DNA of 64,000 nt, from assembly GCA_963805125.1 (NCBI GenBank), contig CAWDTD010000014.1, forward strand, positions 78,476-142,475. Reading direction: 5' to 3'. The stretch's first letter is position 1. Every line of letters starts with the position of its first letter. Positions 17,845 through 25,829 of the stretch are shown piece after piece. Under the pieces are notes generated by a model, which was not told the DNA's origin, did no database searches, and saw only the letters and a list, made by a program, of their open reading frames with translations. A program made the position numbers and the translations under genes. The stretch is from an uncultured delta proteobacterium (lineage in GTDB: Bacteria; Desulfobacterota; Syntrophobacteria; Syntrophobacterales; Syntrophobacteraceae).

Positions 17845-18040
17845 TGGCGGAGCCGGCGGAAGTTGAACCCGCAATAGCATAAGCCAGGTGCGGAGTTTAA
17901 AGGCTCTGGAACTGAATCGGAACTGTGCAAGCCTGGGCGGTAGAGGATTTGAACCTCCAACGTCACCCGCAAACATAGACTGGATAAGGGGCGTTTTGAA
18001 CCTGCACCAAAGTTGCACCAAAGCGGATATTCGGGGCGGC
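17845..18040 (-). other. Tandem tRNA-3'-end-like fragments (T-arm plus acceptor, no complete cloverleaf)
   Basis: Minus-strand reads GCGGGTTCAACTTCCGCCGGCTCCGCCA and GGAGGTTCAAATCCTCTACCGCCCA, plus a degenerate third unit. I found no matching 5' acceptor strands or anticodon arms. Confidence 0.4.
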
Positions 18041-18272
18041 AATCGAACCCGCAGTGATATAGACGGGGCAAGGGTTTACAGGCGACTGCACGACTTGTGC
18101 AACACCGAAGTCGGGAGTTTAACGCGCTGCCTTCCTCTCGCCTGAATCAGTGACACGAATCATTTGGCATTTTGTCCAGTTTGCAGGGTTCCTGGTAGGG
18201 CGCAAACCCGCGCCAATCCTAAAGGGTCTTCGCGGAACATGGACAGAATATGCTCTTTTTGTCCAGTTATGG
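18041..18272. repeat. att-like module, copy I (partner at 51102-51337)
   Basis: A 66-nt block (AATCGAACCCGCAGTGATATAGACGGGGCAAGG...CTGCACGACTTGTGCAACACC) is shared with 51102-51167 with about 8 mismatches. It is followed by two TTTGTCCAGTT motifs (18170-18182 and 18257-18269), spaced as in copy II. Confidence 0.6.
18233..18250. repeat. Left copy of the 18-nt direct repeat flanking the AT-rich cassette
   Basis: CGGAACATGGACAGAATA here and CGGAATATGGACAGAATA at 19311-19328 (17 of 18 identical). Confidence 0.7.
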
Positions 18273-18316
18273 ATCGGCTCACCGTAGTTCAAAAAGCAAC
18301 GATATTCTCAATTCTC

Positions 18317-18781
18317 TCAGTCTAACAGTTTCTCTCTCTCCGACACAGTAGCCTTTATTTTTTCTATTATACGTTGAGCCATTGCATCATTTATGGTTTT
18401 CAACTTGCGACTCTCGTTGATAATATATGTCAACATAATAACAGCGATAACTATAATTGGTATTATTTGCAGCCACGATTTTTCTAGCCATCCGGCTAGT
18501 ATCATGCAGATTATTATACTTATATAGAAAGCGTAAGTTGTTACTACTCCTTTTAAATAGATGCGTTCTAGAGTTTGTACAAGTATGTAGTCGGTAGTAC
18601 TTGAAAACAATGGGAAGAACGATATGGATAATTTGGTGCTACGAGACCTAACTCTGTATGATTCTATCGGTATTATTGGGAGACAAATCTCAAACCATTT
18701 AGTAGTGATATATGTCCCATCTGGTAGTGGATCGTAACAGCCAATATATCGAGTGCCGATGCCATTGAACGTGTAAGGCAT
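18317..18781 (-). CDS. Hypothetical membrane protein (AT-rich cassette, gene 2)
   Basis: GGAGG Shine-Dalgarno lies inside the last codons of the upstream gene. N-terminal motif FNGIGTRYIGCYDPLPDGTYITTKWFEICLPIIPIESYRV, then hydrophobic helices and a charged C-terminal helix. Visibly AT-rich compared with the flanks. Confidence 0.55.
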   Translation of the reverse strand: MPYTFNGIGTRYIGCYDPLPDGTYITTKWFEICLPIIPIESYRVRSRSTKLSISFFPLFSSTTDYILVQTLERIYLKGVVTTYAFYISIIICMILAGWLEKSWLQIIPIIVIAVIMLTYIINESRKLKTINDAMAQRIIEKIKATVSEREKLLD

Positions 18782-18787
18782 AAGATA

Positions 18788-19273
18788 TTACCTCCATTGC
18801 TTTTCTATATTAGCCAAAGTTTCTGGCGATGAAAATCGTGTGAGAGGAAATGAGATCGTATTTCCACCAACCCACACAAAACTATCATCTTCTTGGTTTA
18901 CTTTTAATCCCCACCATGGTTCCTTAAACCATCTATTTCTTTCAAGTTCCAGTCTAAGTGAGTAATCTCTTAATTGAATATAATGAATGGCATAGAGAAC
19001 CTTGGTAGTCGGAATAAGTTCAAAATCAAATCCATCTATACGTTTCATACCTCTAATTCTAGGCTTTGATTTATCTAAATGGTTCTTGAACCAATCTATA
19101 TTAACACGAACACGTGAAGTACCGCTCCTTATACTTCTTACATTTGCTATCATACAGTTATAGCCATATAACTTAGCGGATCGCTCGTATGTATATTCTA
19201 TATCAAGTGGCATCCCATAATATTTAAGTAGCTGTATAATATGTTCCCATGCATCGGAAATCGAAAGTGTCAT
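18788..19273 (-). CDS. Hypothetical protein (AT-rich cassette, gene 1)
   Basis: ORF 18788-19288. The ATG at 19273 follows GGAGGG. No domain recognisable by eye. Translationally coupled to the downstream membrane-protein gene. Confidence 0.55.
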   Translation of the reverse strand: MTLSISDAWEHIIQLLKYYGMPLDIEYTYERSAKLYGYNCMIANVRSIRSGTSRVRVNIDWFKNHLDKSKPRIRGMKRIDGFDFELIPTTKVLYAIHYIQLRDYSLRLELERNRWFKEPWWGLKVNQEDDSFVWVGGNTISFPLTRFSSPETLANIEKQWR

Positions 19274-19310
19274 TTGACCCTCCGTCATTTTGGGTGTCTA
19301 GGATGGTTTT

Positions 19311-19328
19311 CGGAATATGGACAGAATA
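19311..19328. repeat. Right copy of the 18-nt direct repeat flanking the AT-rich cassette
   Basis: CGGAATATGGACAGAATA. Partner at 18233-18250. Confidence 0.7.
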
Positions 19329-19850
19329 CAACACTGTACATAATAAAGGCCAGTTTTTCTTGTGACGATAGGGCCTTAGTGAGAGTCTGCTTCCAACTAC
19401 TGAGTTCGTCATATCTATCTGATTTTCCATCTCTGCAGACTCTTTTATCTTTCCTCAGCAATCAGTATATCTGATCCGAATCTTTCTGTGCTAGAGTTAT
19501 TTTTGCCCGCCCGGAGGATAGGGCAACGCTGGGGAGCGACCCGAGCGCCGAGGCGGGGGAACGACGGAGGGCAGGAGTGGAGAAGGTGGAAACCGAAAAT
19601 AGGTAGCGGTCAGCTGTCAACCCTGCCCGCCGTGTTCAGCCAGTCTCTAGATTCTGAGCTGAGTGCCCTTCATTCAATGCTTTTGATGCGGAGCGTTCAA
19701 GGGTAATGCCAGAGCGGTAAATCGTCTGAGTGCGTGGTTTGTGGTTATCGCGTCTGGCATGGCCTTGATAGCGGCGCGTACCTTATTGCTTTTCAAAGGA
19801 CCTCCGGGTGGTGTGTCCCTTCAGTCCCTGAGTTCCTCGCCTCGTACCCT

Positions 19851-20264
19851 TCACAGTGATTCGAGGGTATGAGGCGGGGAACTCTGAAGCGAAACCTGAA
19901 CCAGGGCCACGTCGATCGGAAAGCGGCCGTTTCTGATCAGCTTCGGAAGCTCGGCGAGAGAAACAGGTATGTAGTCGGCGATCCCATGTTGGATCGCATC
20001 CCGTATTCGCGTACTTACAAAAAAGCACTTGTGCTTATACTTCGATGTGGGTTTGCCGTCCATGACCGGGAGGGCCCCGTCGGTAAGGAAAGAAAAAATT
20101 GTTACATCCTTAGGCGGATTTCGAAGGGATTCGAGTTCACCGAGGAGCAAGTGCGGAGTTGCGCACGCCGTCCCCACAAAAACATGGCTTCCGGGCTGAA
20201 TAGAAGCCATCGCTTGAGCGGCGGAGCATACTTTGCTTGCATAGACGCCAAAGTCCAACGACAT
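19851..20264 (-). pseudogene. Acetyl-CoA hydrolase/transferase (4-hydroxybutyrate CoA-transferase-like), N-terminal fragment only
   Basis: 137 aa with AAQAMASIQPGSHVFVGTACATPHLLLGEL and IADYIPVSLAELPKLIRNGRFPIDVALVQVS. The remaining roughly 300 aa typical of this family are absent. Confidence 0.6.
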
Positions 20265-20327
20265 AGCGCTCCTGCTCGTAAGATAGACTTATTGACAATG
20301 CAAAAGTAATTTTTTTCCGTTTATTCC

Positions 20328-20471
20328 AGAGCCTCTTGCAAAACGTTACGATGGGACTGGAATGCCAGGCGCAAGCGAGCGAGGAAGCGAGGCGTACATT
20401 TGAGTACGTTGAGCTTTCGAGCGAGCGGCAACACCGCAGGCCGGCCCCGCAGTAGTTTTGCAAGAGGCTCT
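20328..20471. mobile_element. MITE family 3 (144 bp)
   Basis: Perfect 17-nt inverted termini AGAGCCTCTTGCAAAAC and GTTTTGCAAGAGGCTCT. No clear target duplication. Confidence 0.55.
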
Positions 20472-20994
20472 CTATAAAATGAATACAGCTTCCGCCTCTG
20501 TTTAGCGCCTCGGCGCAGCCATGCGAGAATGCCTGCGCAGCGTGAGGTACGGTTGAATGTCCTGCGACCGGGTCGGCACTTCAAAAAAGTGAAGAGGGCT
20601 GCGAAGAACAAGCCGCTCCGGGCGCATCGTGGCACTTCATAAATCGAGGTTCCACTCGCGAAGAGGCACCCCGATTCCCGCTTCGCGTCCGGCACGCAGT
20701 ATCTATCACTCGCGTCGGGCCGTGGGCGGGGCGCCTCTATACACTTGAATAATGCATCAACTTGATTCTCTGCGAATGCCGAACCGAATTTTGAGGCGGA
20801 TTCCGCCCGAAAAAACTTCTGGAACAACCCCAAAGCCCACAAAACCTTACGATTTCCCAATCCAACATGCGAGTGATATGTTAATGAGACTGCTTTTTGC
20901 AATTTCAGGACACATATGGAGCAGTCAAGAATTATTGTATCATACCTATGACTCCTGTAGAAATACGCTCATCTCAAATCTTGATCTGCGTTTT

Positions 20995-21026
20995 GCTCTC
21001 CGTCGTTAGCTCTCTCCGTCGTTAGC
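20995..21026. repeat. Tandem 2 x 16 bp direct repeat (KCTCTCCGTCGTTAGC)
   Basis: GCTCTCCGTCGTTAGC followed by TCTCTCCGTCGTTAGC, ending 6 nt before the -35 element of the riboswitch-2 promoter. Confidence 0.85.
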
Positions 21027-21032
21027 TTTCTC

Positions 21033-21061
21033 TTGACAAGATGCGGAGATTCTTTTATACG
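21033..21061 (+). promoter_or_regulatory. Sigma-70-type promoter candidate
   Basis: TTGACA (21033-21038), a 17-nt spacer, then TATACG (21056-21061). Confidence 0.55.
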
Positions 21062-21069
21062 GCACTCAA

Positions 21070-21250
21070 GGAAGCAGGTTTGGCATCCGAGTGTTGGCCC
21101 TTGGGCCATAAAAGGGAAACCGGCGAAATTCCGGTACGGACCCGCCGCTGTGATCGGGGACGAAGGCCGCACGAAGCCACTGTCCACTTAAACCAATTGG
21201 ACGGGAAGGCGCGGCTTGTAGGACGATCCGAGAGTCAGAAGACCTAACAT
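21070..21250 (+). promoter_or_regulatory. Cobalamin (B12) riboswitch, second copy
   Basis: AAAGGGAAACCGGCGAAATTCCGGTACGGACCCGCCGCTGTGATCGGGGACGAAGGCC, then GCCACTG, GGGAAGGC and the B12 box AGTCAGAAGACCT. A run of nine T follows at about 21311-21319. Confidence 0.85.
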
Positions 21251-21379
21251 TCGGTATGCACCCGGGGAGATGGTAAATCCTCTGGCGCGGGGTATTGTGC
21301 GCTTGGGGGTTTTTTTTTGTCCGCGGCGCGAAACAAAGCTGGAGGCGAATTAAGGAATTGCGAATTATTTGGGGTTATC

Positions 21380-23785
21380 ATGCGCGTCCTATTGCTTGAA
21401 CATCCCCGAGAGGCTTCCGAAGCCCACTTCAACGACATTGCCAATACGCCCCTGTGGTCATGCCTCATGACGGGTTATGCCGGGGCCGGTCTGCTCCGGG
21501 CGGGTTTCGAGGCCGACATTGTCGATGCCGCGCGCTGGACGTCTGCGCAAACTCTCGAGTACCTGGTGGACAATCCCTCCCCGGATTTGCTGGCCGTTCA
21601 CGCAGTCTATTGCTGGGAGAAAACCGGGGCCCTTTTTCGGATGCTCTCGGATCTGCGCAGCCACCGGTTCGATGCGCCGATTTGTCTCTATGGTTTTTTT
21701 CCGGGGCTTGTATGGAAAGAAATCCTGGATTACTCTCCGGCAGTTGACTATGTGGTCGTCGGGGAACCGGAAGAAACCATGGTGGACCTGGCCCGATGCA
21801 TTGAAGCCGGAATCGAGGCCCGGGTGGAAGGCCTTGCCCGAAGATGCCATGGGAAAGCCTCGTTGCCCCTGAGGCGGCCTCCGATCGAATCGCCCGACAG
21901 GCTTCCGTTTCCCTTGAGACCCTCCCTGGAATCGGAGCGAACCGTAAGTGTCCTGGCGAGCCGAGGATGCTACAATCATTGCTCTTTTTGTCTCGTCCCC
22001 GCCCTTGACCAGGGGAAGACCGTGTGGCGGGGACGCTCGCCGGAAAACATTGCCGCTGAGATCTCGGGACTCGTTTCCCTGGGGGAAAAAGACTTCTACT
22101 TCGTAGATCCCAATTTCGTCGGCCCCGGCAAGGCGGGAAAACAAGCCGCAGTGAAGCTCGCACGCCGGTTGGCGGATTTCGGGATCACCTTCGGTATCGA
22201 GACCAGGGCAAACGACATCACGTCCGGCCTTATGCGCGAACTGGTGGAGGCCGGACTTACCAGGCTGCTTTTGGGCATTGAAAGCGGAAGGCCCGACGTT
22301 TTGAAAAGGCTTGGCAAGCACACGAGCGTCGCAGGCAACGAACAGGCCATTGCAACTGTGCGTGAGGCGGGCCTGGAGCCCGAGATCGGCTTTATCATGT
22401 TCGATGCCGCCAGCACACTCGATGACATTGTCCGGAACCTGAAGTTTCTTCGGCGCAACAGGCTTCTCGACCGCCTCGGCAGGACCGCAAACCTTCTCTA
22501 CCACGATCATGTGGCGTTTAAGGGGACCCCCGGCTACAGGACCGCTCTTCAACGGAAAATGCTCCTGCCGCGAGGATTGTTCGGGTTCGAAGGGCTGCTG
22601 CTCTATGAAGATTTCAGGGTGGGATGGCTGGCCGGACTTATGAAGAAAATCTGCCATTTCCTGCTGAGGGAAATGGAAAATCCTTCCTCACCTGTTCATT
22701 GGGTGGATGAGTCTGTACGCAATGAGCCTTATCGGGCGGTAAACGATCGGCTTGTGGATATCTTCGAAAGGCTGCTCGGTTTGGCGAAAAAGCTCGATGG
22801 TCCGCCGGATGCAAATTCGACGGAGAGATTGCTTTTCGGCCTGATGGATGAACTTCGGATTACGTTCGCGGGATCTCCCAAACAGTTGTCGGTGGTCGGT
22901 CGTCGGTGGCCGGAAAAAACTCTGAAACGGTCGTCAGTGGTCAGCCGTCAGAGGCCGGAAGAAATTCCGGCCACCGGCCACCGGCCACTGACCACGCTAA
23001 AAGGAAGTTTTCCCTTTCGTCTTGCCACGACCTCCTATATCCTGCCCGCGGAAATTCTTCCCAACATCCGGTACCTGGGGCAATACTTCGATGAGATTGA
23101 ACTTGTGCTTTTCGAAAGCGGACATGAAAGCAATCTGCCCGCTCGGGGCGATATCCGCGAGATGGCCCGTCTGGCTTCGGACCTGGACATCACCTATAAC
23201 GTGCACCTGCCTGCAGACCTGTTTTTTGGCGACCCCGATCGTGCTTTGCGCCTGAAATTTTGCGAGACTGCTTTGTCCTTTTACGACAGAACTCTTCCCC
23301 TTGCTCCCACTTGCTACATTCTGCACCTGGACAGCAGGAAGGCCGATCAAACCGTGGAACCGGATGGATCGGCATGGGGTAACCGTGTGCGCGAGTCGCT
23401 CCGGACCTTGCAAATGAAAGGGGTCGATCTGCGGCGGGTGGCTGTCGAGAACCTCGAATACCCTTTGCAGCGCATTTCGCCATTTGTGGAAGCCTTCGAT
23501 ATGTCCTTTTGTCTCGACATAGGCCACCTGCTCCGTTACGGGCATGATGTGGCGGAGCAGACGGCGTCGTTTCTGAAAATGAGCAAAGCGGTGCATCTTC
23601 ATGGAGTTGATAACGGAAAAGACCACACGGGTCTCGATCGGATTGCGCGCGCAGAATGGGGAATCATCTGCAAGGCCCTTGAAGAATACGACGGGGGACT
23701 GTCCCTTGAAGTCTTTTCGCTCGATGACCTTACCGTTTCCCTCGACAAGATGCGGGAAATGCTAAGAAAGGAACAACGGCAATGA
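21380..23785 (+). CDS. Fusion protein: B12-binding (class B) radical SAM domain plus a xylose-isomerase-like TIM barrel resembling the cobamide-remodelling phosphodiesterase CbiR
   Basis: N-terminal B12-binding-like region, then the radical SAM cluster motif ASRGCYNHCSFC. After a linker, from about residue 540, come FRLATTSYILPAEILPNIRYLGQYFDEIELVLFES, YNVHLP, YILHLD, VAVENLEYPL, FCLDIGHL, VHLHGV and LSLEVFS. The stop overlaps the cobT start (ATGA). Confidence 0.65.
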   Translation: MRVLLLEHPREASEAHFNDIANTPLWSCLMTGYAGAGLLRAGFEADIVDAARWTSAQTLEYLVDNPSPDLLAVHAVYCWEKTGALFRMLSDLRSHRFDAPICLYGFFPGLVWKEILDYSPAVDYVVVGEPEETMVDLARCIEAGIEARVEGLARRCHGKASLPLRRPPIESPDRLPFPLRPSLESERTVSVLASRGCYNHCSFCLVPALDQGKTVWRGRSPENIAAEISGLVSLGEKDFYFVDPNFVGPGKAGKQAAVKLARRLADFGITFGIETRANDITSGLMRELVEAGLTRLLLGIESGRPDVLKRLGKHTSVAGNEQAIATVREAGLEPEIGFIMFDAASTLDDIVRNLKFLRRNRLLDRLGRTANLLYHDHVAFKGTPGYRTALQRKMLLPRGLFGFEGLLLYEDFRVGWLAGLMKKICHFLLREMENPSSPVHWVDESVRNEPYRAVNDRLVDIFERLLGLAKKLDGPPDANSTERLLFGLMDELRITFAGSPKQLSVVGRRWPEKTLKRSSVVSRQRPEEIPATGHRPLTTLKGSFPFRLATTSYILPAEILPNIRYLGQYFDEIELVLFESGHESNLPARGDIREMARLASDLDITYNVHLPADLFFGDPDRALRLKFCETALSFYDRTLPLAPTCYILHLDSRKADQTVEPDGSAWGNRVRESLRTLQMKGVDLRRVAVENLEYPLQRISPFVEAFDMSFCLDIGHLLRYGHDVAEQTASFLKMSKAVHLHGVDNGKDHTGLDRIARAEWGIICKALEEYDGGLSLEVFSLDDLTVSLDKMREMLRKEQRQ

Positions 23786-24843
23786 ATCTTGAGCAGATCG
23801 TAAAACAGGTTCAACCTGTGGGCAACGAATGGGTGGAGAAAGCACGCGAGCATACGGCGCATCTTGTGATGCCGCCTCGCGCCCTGGGGCGGTTGCACGA
23901 TATTGCGGAACGCATTTGCGGCATTTGCGAAACCCTGGAGCCCGACGTCACCGCCAAGGCCTTTTTGGTTATGGCTGGAGATCACGGGGTTGTCTCCGAT
24001 GGCGTGAGCGCGTTTCCACAGGAAGTGACCGGCGAAATGGTGAAGACTTTTTTGAGGGGCGGCGCCTGTATCAACGTTTTGGCGCGCCAGGTGGGCGCCG
24101 AAGTGTTGGTGGTGGACATGGGAATCATCCCTGACGTTGCCCCGGGTCCCTCCAAAGGCCGAAATCGGTTCCATATATGCAAGGTGGACCGGGGTACCGG
24201 CAACATAGCCAGGGGGCCCGCCATGAGCCGCCATCAGGCCGAACAGTCGATCCTGCAGGGCTTCTCTTTAGCGTCGGAACTATTTTCCGCCGGCGCCCGG
24301 CTCCTTGGGACCGGCGATATGGGAATCGGCAACACAACGCCCTCGGCCGCCCTTGGCGTGGCCCTGACGGGAGCGCCCGTGAATCAGATGGTGGGTCGCG
24401 GCACAGGGATCGATGATGACGCCCTGGAAAAGAAGCGCGAGATCGTCCGGCAGGCTATTGAGATAAACCGCCCGAATCCCGCAGACGGGCTGGACGCGCT
24501 GGCGAAAGTGGGAGGGTTCGAAATCGGGGGCATTGCAGGGTGCGTCCTGGCAGGCGCCTGCCACAGACGTCCGGTCGTCATTGACGGGTTCATCTCGACG
24601 GCCGGGGCCCTGGTGGCCCACTCCCTGTGTCCCGCCGTCGTCGATTACGTTTTTGCCGGGCATTGCTCGCAGGAACTTGGACATCGCAGAATGCTCGAAC
24701 ACCTTGGACTCGAGCCGATACTCGACTTGCGGATGCGTCTCGGGGAAGGTACCGGAGCGGCCCTGGCAATGGGCGTAATCGAGGGTGCAGTGCGGGTTTT
24801 TAAGGAAGTGCTCACTTTTGAGGACGCCGGGGTTTCTCACTAA
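23782..24843 (+). CDS. cobT: Nicotinate-nucleotide--dimethylbenzimidazole phosphoribosyltransferase
   Basis: 353 aa with PPRALGRLHD, MAGDHGV, GDMGIGNTT and RLGEGTGAALA. Confidence 0.9.
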   Translation: MNLEQIVKQVQPVGNEWVEKAREHTAHLVMPPRALGRLHDIAERICGICETLEPDVTAKAFLVMAGDHGVVSDGVSAFPQEVTGEMVKTFLRGGACINVLARQVGAEVLVVDMGIIPDVAPGPSKGRNRFHICKVDRGTGNIARGPAMSRHQAEQSILQGFSLASELFSAGARLLGTGDMGIGNTTPSAALGVALTGAPVNQMVGRGTGIDDDALEKKREIVRQAIEINRPNPADGLDALAKVGGFEIGGIAGCVLAGACHRRPVVIDGFISTAGALVAHSLCPAVVDYVFAGHCSQELGHRRMLEHLGLEPILDLRMRLGEGTGAALAMGVIEGAVRVFKEVLTFEDAGVSH

Positions 24844-24858
24844 CTCACCGAGATCGTT

Positions 24859-25599
24859 ATGTGGCGCCAATTTACCATCGCTCTGTCGTTTTTGACTATC
24901 TTCCGGTTGCCTGTTTCAGGGGAGATATCCCCCCGCGATTCGGGTATATGCTATGCGTGCTTCCCTATAGTGGGTCTTCTTATCGGCCTGATGACTTCTC
25001 TAATGGCACTGCTGCTTCACACCCTCATGCCTCCGCTTCTCCTTGCTGCATGGGCCTGTGCTTTCATGACGTTCGTTACGCGCGGGTTTCACCTGGACGG
25101 ACTGGCGGATTTGGCCGATGGGTTCGGTGGAGGATACACCCCCGCAACACGGCTTGAAATTATGAAAGACAGCGCTACGGGCGCATTCGGCGCCCTTGCC
25201 CTGATTTTGGCCATCCTGCTGAAAACGAGCGCCATTTACAGCATCATTATGGCAAAAAGCTGGCTTGCTTTGGCGATCGTTCCTGTCCTGAGCCGTTTCG
25301 CAATCGTAGTCAGCGCCTATAAGAGCTCCTGTGCCCGGACCGAAGGTCTTGCCAAGTCGAGTATCGAATATATGACTTTCGGCACGGTCCTGGCCGCTTC
25401 CTCGTTTGCTGTCGTTTTCACCTTGCTCCTTGGGCCAAAGTTCGCCCCGGCTTTCCTGGGAACAGCCATAATCAGCGCGTTCCTGGTCCGGTCCCTTGCA
25501 CACCGGTTTCTGGGCGGCGTCACTGGAGATGTTCTGGGCGCGGTCAATGAACTTACAGAAGTTCTACTCCTGACTCTGTCGGCATGCATGCTGCGTTAA
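24859..25599 (+). CDS. cobS: Adenosylcobinamide-GDP ribazoletransferase (cobalamin synthase)
   Basis: 246-aa polytopic protein with the RGFHLDGLADLADGFGGG motif. Follows cobT. Confidence 0.9.
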   Translation: MWRQFTIALSFLTIFRLPVSGEISPRDSGICYACFPIVGLLIGLMTSLMALLLHTLMPPLLLAAWACAFMTFVTRGFHLDGLADLADGFGGGYTPATRLEIMKDSATGAFGALALILAILLKTSAIYSIIMAKSWLALAIVPVLSRFAIVVSAYKSSCARTEGLAKSSIEYMTFGTVLAASSFAVVFTLLLGPKFAPAFLGTAIISAFLVRSLAHRFLGGVTGDVLGAVNELTEVLLLTLSACMLR

Positions 25600-25829
25600 G
25601 GGATCGGTTGGGAGGCCGCAACCGGATCGGCATCTATTGACCCGCTACGGGCGGTATGTTAAATGGCCTCGTGGATTCATTGGCCGATTGTGGGCATAAG
25701 CGCTGAGTTAACGAAACCAGGTTTCCCGTTCGTCATTCCGGCGGGGTGGGCGAAAGCCCGAATCCAGGGGAGCGCCTCGCGCTGTCTTTTAAGTTTGCGG
25801 ATCGGGCGCATCAATTGCAGGAAGGTCCA

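Noticed and set aside
17845-18112. Possible tRNA gene cluster on the minus strand (also 51002-51175)
   Set aside because: Only T-arm and 3' acceptor (sometimes CCA) segments are present. For each unit I looked for the complementary 5' acceptor strand, a D-arm and an anticodon stem-loop and found none. They are reported as tRNA-like fragments, not tRNA genes.
19491-19650. CTAG-flanked 152-bp GC-rich segment upstream of the AT-rich cassette as a further MITE or ncRNA
   Set aside because: The ends are not inverted repeats. No second copy is present in the window. Only a weak long-loop hairpin (GGGCAGG/CCTGCCC) could be drawn.
20321-20902. 193-aa minus-strand ORF
   Set aside because: It starts inside the family-3 MITE and has no Shine-Dalgarno. 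Its composition is Arg/Ala-rich low complexity, and it matches no recognisable family. It is probably non-coding or decayed sequence.
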